Made by a program: the position numbers and the translations under genes
Part shown: positions 59,275 through 64,000 of the stretch, piece by piece
Position numbering within the stretch: position 1 is the first letter of the stretch
Layout of the letters: the number at the start of each line of letters is the position of its first letter
Source of the DNA: Phoronis australis
Taxonomy: Eukaryota; Animalia; Phoronida
Direction: 5' to 3'
Assembly (NCBI GenBank): GCA_002633005.1
Contig: NMRA01000545.1
Location: forward strand, 224,460 to 288,459
Length of the DNA: 64,000 nucleotides
The notes under the pieces: model-generated
What the model saw: only the letters and a program-made list of their open reading frames with translations
Told to the model about the DNA's origin: nothing
The model's database searches: none

Positions 59275-62200
59275 ATAGTGTTCACCTCCTTTCTGTTATC
59301 AAACTAAAAGCCTTGCTGAGCATAGTTTTGTACCTTGGCGGAGATTAGAAAATCATCAACTGTTACCGTCTATTTCCATGACCTGAGTTTCTGTGCATCA
59401 GTTCAGGAACAATTCCTGAATGCCGGCCATGTTATCCTTGAAAACATATTGCTATTATTGTGAGCGTAAATGCATTGTTCTTTTGTTTGGTTGTTTTTGA
59501 TTCTCATATTTTTTATACAAATTTGATTATTGTTCGAATTTTACCTGGTCTTTGCACATGACGAATGATATTTAATGCATAATCATAAGTTTGTGAAGTA
59601 CGTCGCATCTCCAGCAGACAACACTCGGCTACTGAATTCAGCCCTGACTCATTGCGAGGGTAGGTCAAATTTTAGCAACAGTACCCGTTTAGGTAATGAA
59701 TTAGAGAAAAAAAAATTTCTAGATCAGCAAATGTCTTATCTTTATCACCATATCGTGAAACTGATGCAAAGTACCAGCCTAGTGTGAAAAATTGCCGCGT
59801 GACTGCCCAGGCATGTGAGTGCATTTCTGCCTACTTGGCAGCAAATGGGCACCGGCTTTACTGGCTTTCAAAATGTAAAATAGATAAAAAACATCCACAC
59901 ACAGCGATGTTTCAACAAACAAAAACAAGTTTTATCTCAAAATAGTAAGCTCCACACCTCAGTTGCAATAACGCGCACCTGTGCTTGATTTTGCTGCCCG
60001 GATACAGTAACCGGCGAAGTAATTCCCCTGCCAAGAAAATAATCGGGGAAATATATTTTAAAACGAGACAAAAACTTACGGTATATACCTATATTATCTA
60101 AATGTAAAAATACTGCAATTGAAAACGCAAACCGGGGGGGGGGGGGNGAAGGAGTGTAGTGAATTGTAGTAAATGAGATGAATGTCAGTGATGGGAAAAT
60201 ATTGCTGCGTTAGTAGCATGATGCAGTATTGTTTAATCTCTTTGTCACACGAATTTTACCCATTCAAGGCCCGGGCGGCTAATTAATGTGTTATGTTGGG
60301 CCGCGGAGTACGGATGTCTGCGCAGGCCAGGCTCCACCGCGTAGTAGCTGAGTGGGAATTATTCCTTTTACTTTAAACTCATTAATAAAGTTTTATAACA
60401 TACCATTTTGCACCATGGAAAGTTTTCTTTCTGAAGTTATTTCGCCACCAAATCGTACTCTGTCCTTCATTATTGGCCGACAGCTGCCTGGCCGTAACAG
60501 ACGTTATAGGAGACCATCGGTATCTTAGTTTCCCTGTCTAAATTTATTTTGATATTTTCGCAAATTTAATCATCTGGATATTCTAACTGTATGTATAGTA
60601 GTTTTATTCAATTATTTTGATATTGCATGTTCATACTGTTTGTTTACAAGAGTTAATTACACCCTTCATAGCCTAGTCGCCATAGTCAGCCTTGTTACTC
60701 AATCATTGGCACAGAGCTATGACTTGTCAGTAATATGCAATTGTCTTAAACTATCTTTGTATGTACCGGTATATGACATTTACGATTTGAACCATTAATT
60801 CCGATAAAACAGCCGGCTACCGCATGCCTTCGCCTTTCGCCAGTGCTGGTCTCAGTCTACACTAGGTCATCTGTTGCAGGTCCAAGTCCGGCAAAATAAT
60901 TTCTGAAAAAATTTATTTGCCACATTTTGCCAACAGTTTCCATACAAATTGTCACCATTTTGGTTTTGTTGAAGTTAATATCCACTGTTGATTATTTTAT
61001 CCCGGTTTGCAGTCTGGTAACAGACACTGCTTCAGGCGCTAAGCCGGTGCTCTTAAGCCTGGGTTCCTGAATGAATTATATTTCCGGTTTCACAGTTAGT
61101 TTAAAATGGCGGTGTGTTCTTTGGGTCCGAATCATGAGTGCCATGTTTATTTAAACTTTTTTCAACTACCAATTGTGTATTGGTTATGGGATAGGTACTG
61201 CTTGGTTCCTTATAACTTCTAACTACTTAATAAGGGTTAAAAATGTGTGCTACTGGGACTTTAAATTCAATAAAAGGTCCGCAATATGGTCCTTTGAAGA
61301 AGTCAGATTTTACCTTACTAATATGAAGTGTCTTGGTCCAGTGGAATCTGGCTTTAGATTTGAGTTTGAGGCCTTCCCACTGCCTCCGAAGCTTCAGTGT
61401 TAAAGAAAGAGGTAGATTTAACAGCGCAGCGTCGACGCTTCAATAGAATGGCATCGAAGTTATTGGCAAGGGTCACTGCCTAACAGTGGGCAGTGATTGG
61501 TTACTATTTGTTAATATTTTGTTCAGCAGTAAAAACATTCTGTTTCAATTTATCCAGGTATTTGCTGAATTCTTTACATTAAAAAAGTCACTCAATTTGT
61601 AGTGTACGCAAAATGAGTTCCCGCCACACGTAGGCCTACTGCCTTTGTTTCTATGAGCTGTTAGCCTGCCTAAGAGTCAATTTTTTAGTATGTCGTTTTC
61701 TAGTACATCACCATTGTCTCAAGATGGCACCCATTGACCCTTGTGAAGTTGATGTAACAAATGAAAGAACACCAAAATGTGTGTTTCACCTTACACGTTC
61801 ATGTACATTACAGTTCAGTTTTGAAATTAGTTATGCTCAATCCATAGTTGCCAAAGAAAGAAGGAAGCACACTCTTTTCTGAAGCTTGTCGCTAGCGAAG
61901 TGCCGGACACATACAGTCGCACCCACGTGTCCACGTAGCATAAGAATAAATGAACAATAACAACTTAACAGGCATAACAATAAACATGCAGTTACTAACG
62001 TCCCATCTGACATTCTAGTTCCTATCTGGAGAAAGGGAGACTTCCTTGCCATTTTTGATGATAAGCACTGTCAAAAACATCAAGGCCATATGAACAAAAA
62101 TCATATTAGTGCCGCGTTGTGACAACTTCGCTGAACTATGCAACTCCGAAGCTAATGGGAACAATGACGCTTGACTTCACTGTTAACCACAGTTATCATT

Positions 62201-63157
62201 GAAGTTTCGGTAGGTAGTGAATTCACTGTATGGGAAAGAGCCCTTAAACTGTATTGGGAAAATTGCGTATACTGTTGCTACAATAATTCTTCATCAATTT
62301 AGCACGCAACATGTCTGACTCATGGAAATTGATTTTGTAACATTCCCCAACAAATATGAGAGAATAAATAGCATATAGTTTGTACAGTACAGCTTTGATG
62401 AAATGACACAGTATTTCATAATACCAGGAAGAGATAACCAGGAAGGGACAACTGTTTTAGCGCATTTTAACGTGATTTCAAACGTGATTTCAAAAGTAAA
62501 TGTTCAAGTTATCTGGAATCCAAGCATTATTTTTGAAAAATTAACTCTTTAGCTATAAAATGACACCACTTTGGTCCTCAAAGACTGCATATTACTGGCA
62601 CTGGGATGCTTTGAACGTGACATGTTTACCCTTCCAAAAGATGCTTCTTCCCAGGCATGTACTCGGGCATGAGCCTCTTTTTTGAACCAACAGATGTCAC
62701 TAACATATGCAAATGAGGCTCGCATCGCTACGTCATACAACGTCATACGGCGCGAGCTTCCAATTTGAAACGTCAGGTGCCTATAGTGTATGACTTGAAA
62801 CGCAGTCAGTAGTCTACTTGATCGGGTATATCCTAGTATGATTCCAAGAAAACTAAGAACTCACCCAAGTCAATGTTCACAGAACATTGAGTATGGTTTC
62901 ACGTGAAAATACATTTAATTGTATTTGGATACGCTTGCGTGTGTGTATGCGTGGACTTTCGGTCATTTTGCTTAAATCCAGATTTAAAAGCAGAAATTCA
63001 GTAGCGTTAGCCCTAAGCCACGGTGGCCAGCGTCATGGCGGTCCCCGGGAAGTCTGATCCATGCACGTGCAATTCGATGAACTAATGCTAGTCGCTGGTC
63101 AGCTCCGCTACGATCCATTTGGGACGTGCGGCTTAGCTCGAACCTATGCCCGTGTTC

Positions 63158-63383
63158 TCATAACGCGAAGTTGTCGTGAGGACTCGATTGGGACCTCAGG
63201 GGTCTCACGCTCCACCGGCTAAATTGAAAAGGACATTCCAATCTTGGAAACTATTGTAGCCATTTTGGTACATTTCATCTTTTATACGGAGTTCTGCCCT
63301 GCCTCAAATCATAACGCGAAGTTGTCGTGAGGACTCGATTGGGACCTCAGGGGTCTCACGCTCCACCGGCTAGTTTGAAAAGG
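63158..63383. repeat. Direct repeat pair (~75 bp, 151-bp spacing)
   Basis: TCATAACGCGAAGTTGTCGTGAGGACTCGATTGGGACCTCAGGGGTCTCACGCTCCACCGGCTA at 63158 and 63309. Confidence 0.9.
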
Positions 63384-64000
63384 CTTTGTCCAGTCACGCG
63401 TTGTGGGTCATAAATCGAGATAATGATACCAACAGCTGACGCGACAAGCAGAACTACTTTCTTATACTTCATTTGTGCACTAACTGGAGAAATTTAGAAT
63501 TAGACTTTTAAACACTATCCGATCGTCAACTTTTTTCGGGAGACTTAAATCTCAATGTAGTTTGCGCAAAGACGATGTGCAATTTTTGGAGGTGTATTGA
63601 CGATGATCAACGTTAAAACGGAGAGCAAATAAGTGCGTAATTGATCATCCAATCGGTAGTTTTGCGACAAAGTGACGACCTTGCCGAAATTGAATAACGG
63701 AAACCCTTGAAAATCAATATAAGCGAGAAAGAGAAAACAAATATTTTCTGACGTTTAGGCTCATTAACTTTGAGTAAACGAAACGTCGCAAATATGTTCC
63801 GTCTTCTCTTGCGCGCTCATAACCAGATTCCTATAACTAGTGTTATGGCCAAAAACCGAGTTAGGAAACATCTAGACTAAAATCTTGATGGTATCTTATT
63901 TTGCCAGCGACCATACACGGTAAAAAAATGAATGAAAAGCTGAATTAGGCAAAACTTGACTTGCTGGAATTCTCGTCAAGGAACGCATAAATATCACCAT

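Noticed and set aside
46026-64000. Second FCHO exon (expected GEKNxGFDVLYHNMK-like) or any other gene
   Set aside because: No such exon was seen by eye; the region is dominated by TE remnants and short non-conserved ORFs, consistent with a first intron longer than 18 kb. A small exon could have been missed.

Overview
AT-rich eukaryotic (bilaterian invertebrate, mollusc/lophotrochozoan-like by inference) genomic window with spliceosomal introns and three assembly gaps. By hand-splicing I find three divergent (head-to-head) gene pairs plus one small orphan ORF. Pair 1: a vasculin/GPBP1-family gene (minus; 7 coding exons from 14375 down to 741, running off the left edge) with TMEM69 (plus, 18902-19714). 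Pair 2: an unassigned 227-aa basic protein with HCF-binding (DHAY), AT-hook and CHZ-like motifs (minus, 24729-25412) with RTF2 (plus; 7 exons, 29603-36591, 302 aa). Pair 3: an intronless-CDS mitochondrial DHODH (minus, 44550-45794) with the first coding exon of an FCHO1/2-type F-BAR gene (plus, 45999-46025), whose first intron appears to fill the rest of the window. The 99-aa single-exon ORF at 40498-40797 has KCNE/MinK-like topology and sequence. Introns and intergenic DNA are packed with non-autonomous DNA transposons (hAT, PIF/Harbinger-like, Tc1/mariner-pogo-like, a dead piggyBac with a nested MITE, foldbacks), Helentron-associated (HINE/DINE-like) elements carrying periodic CTCF-like motifs, a LINE 3' fragment, tRNA-derived SINE heads and several minisatellites. 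All homology calls are from motif recognition by eye; no database search was run.
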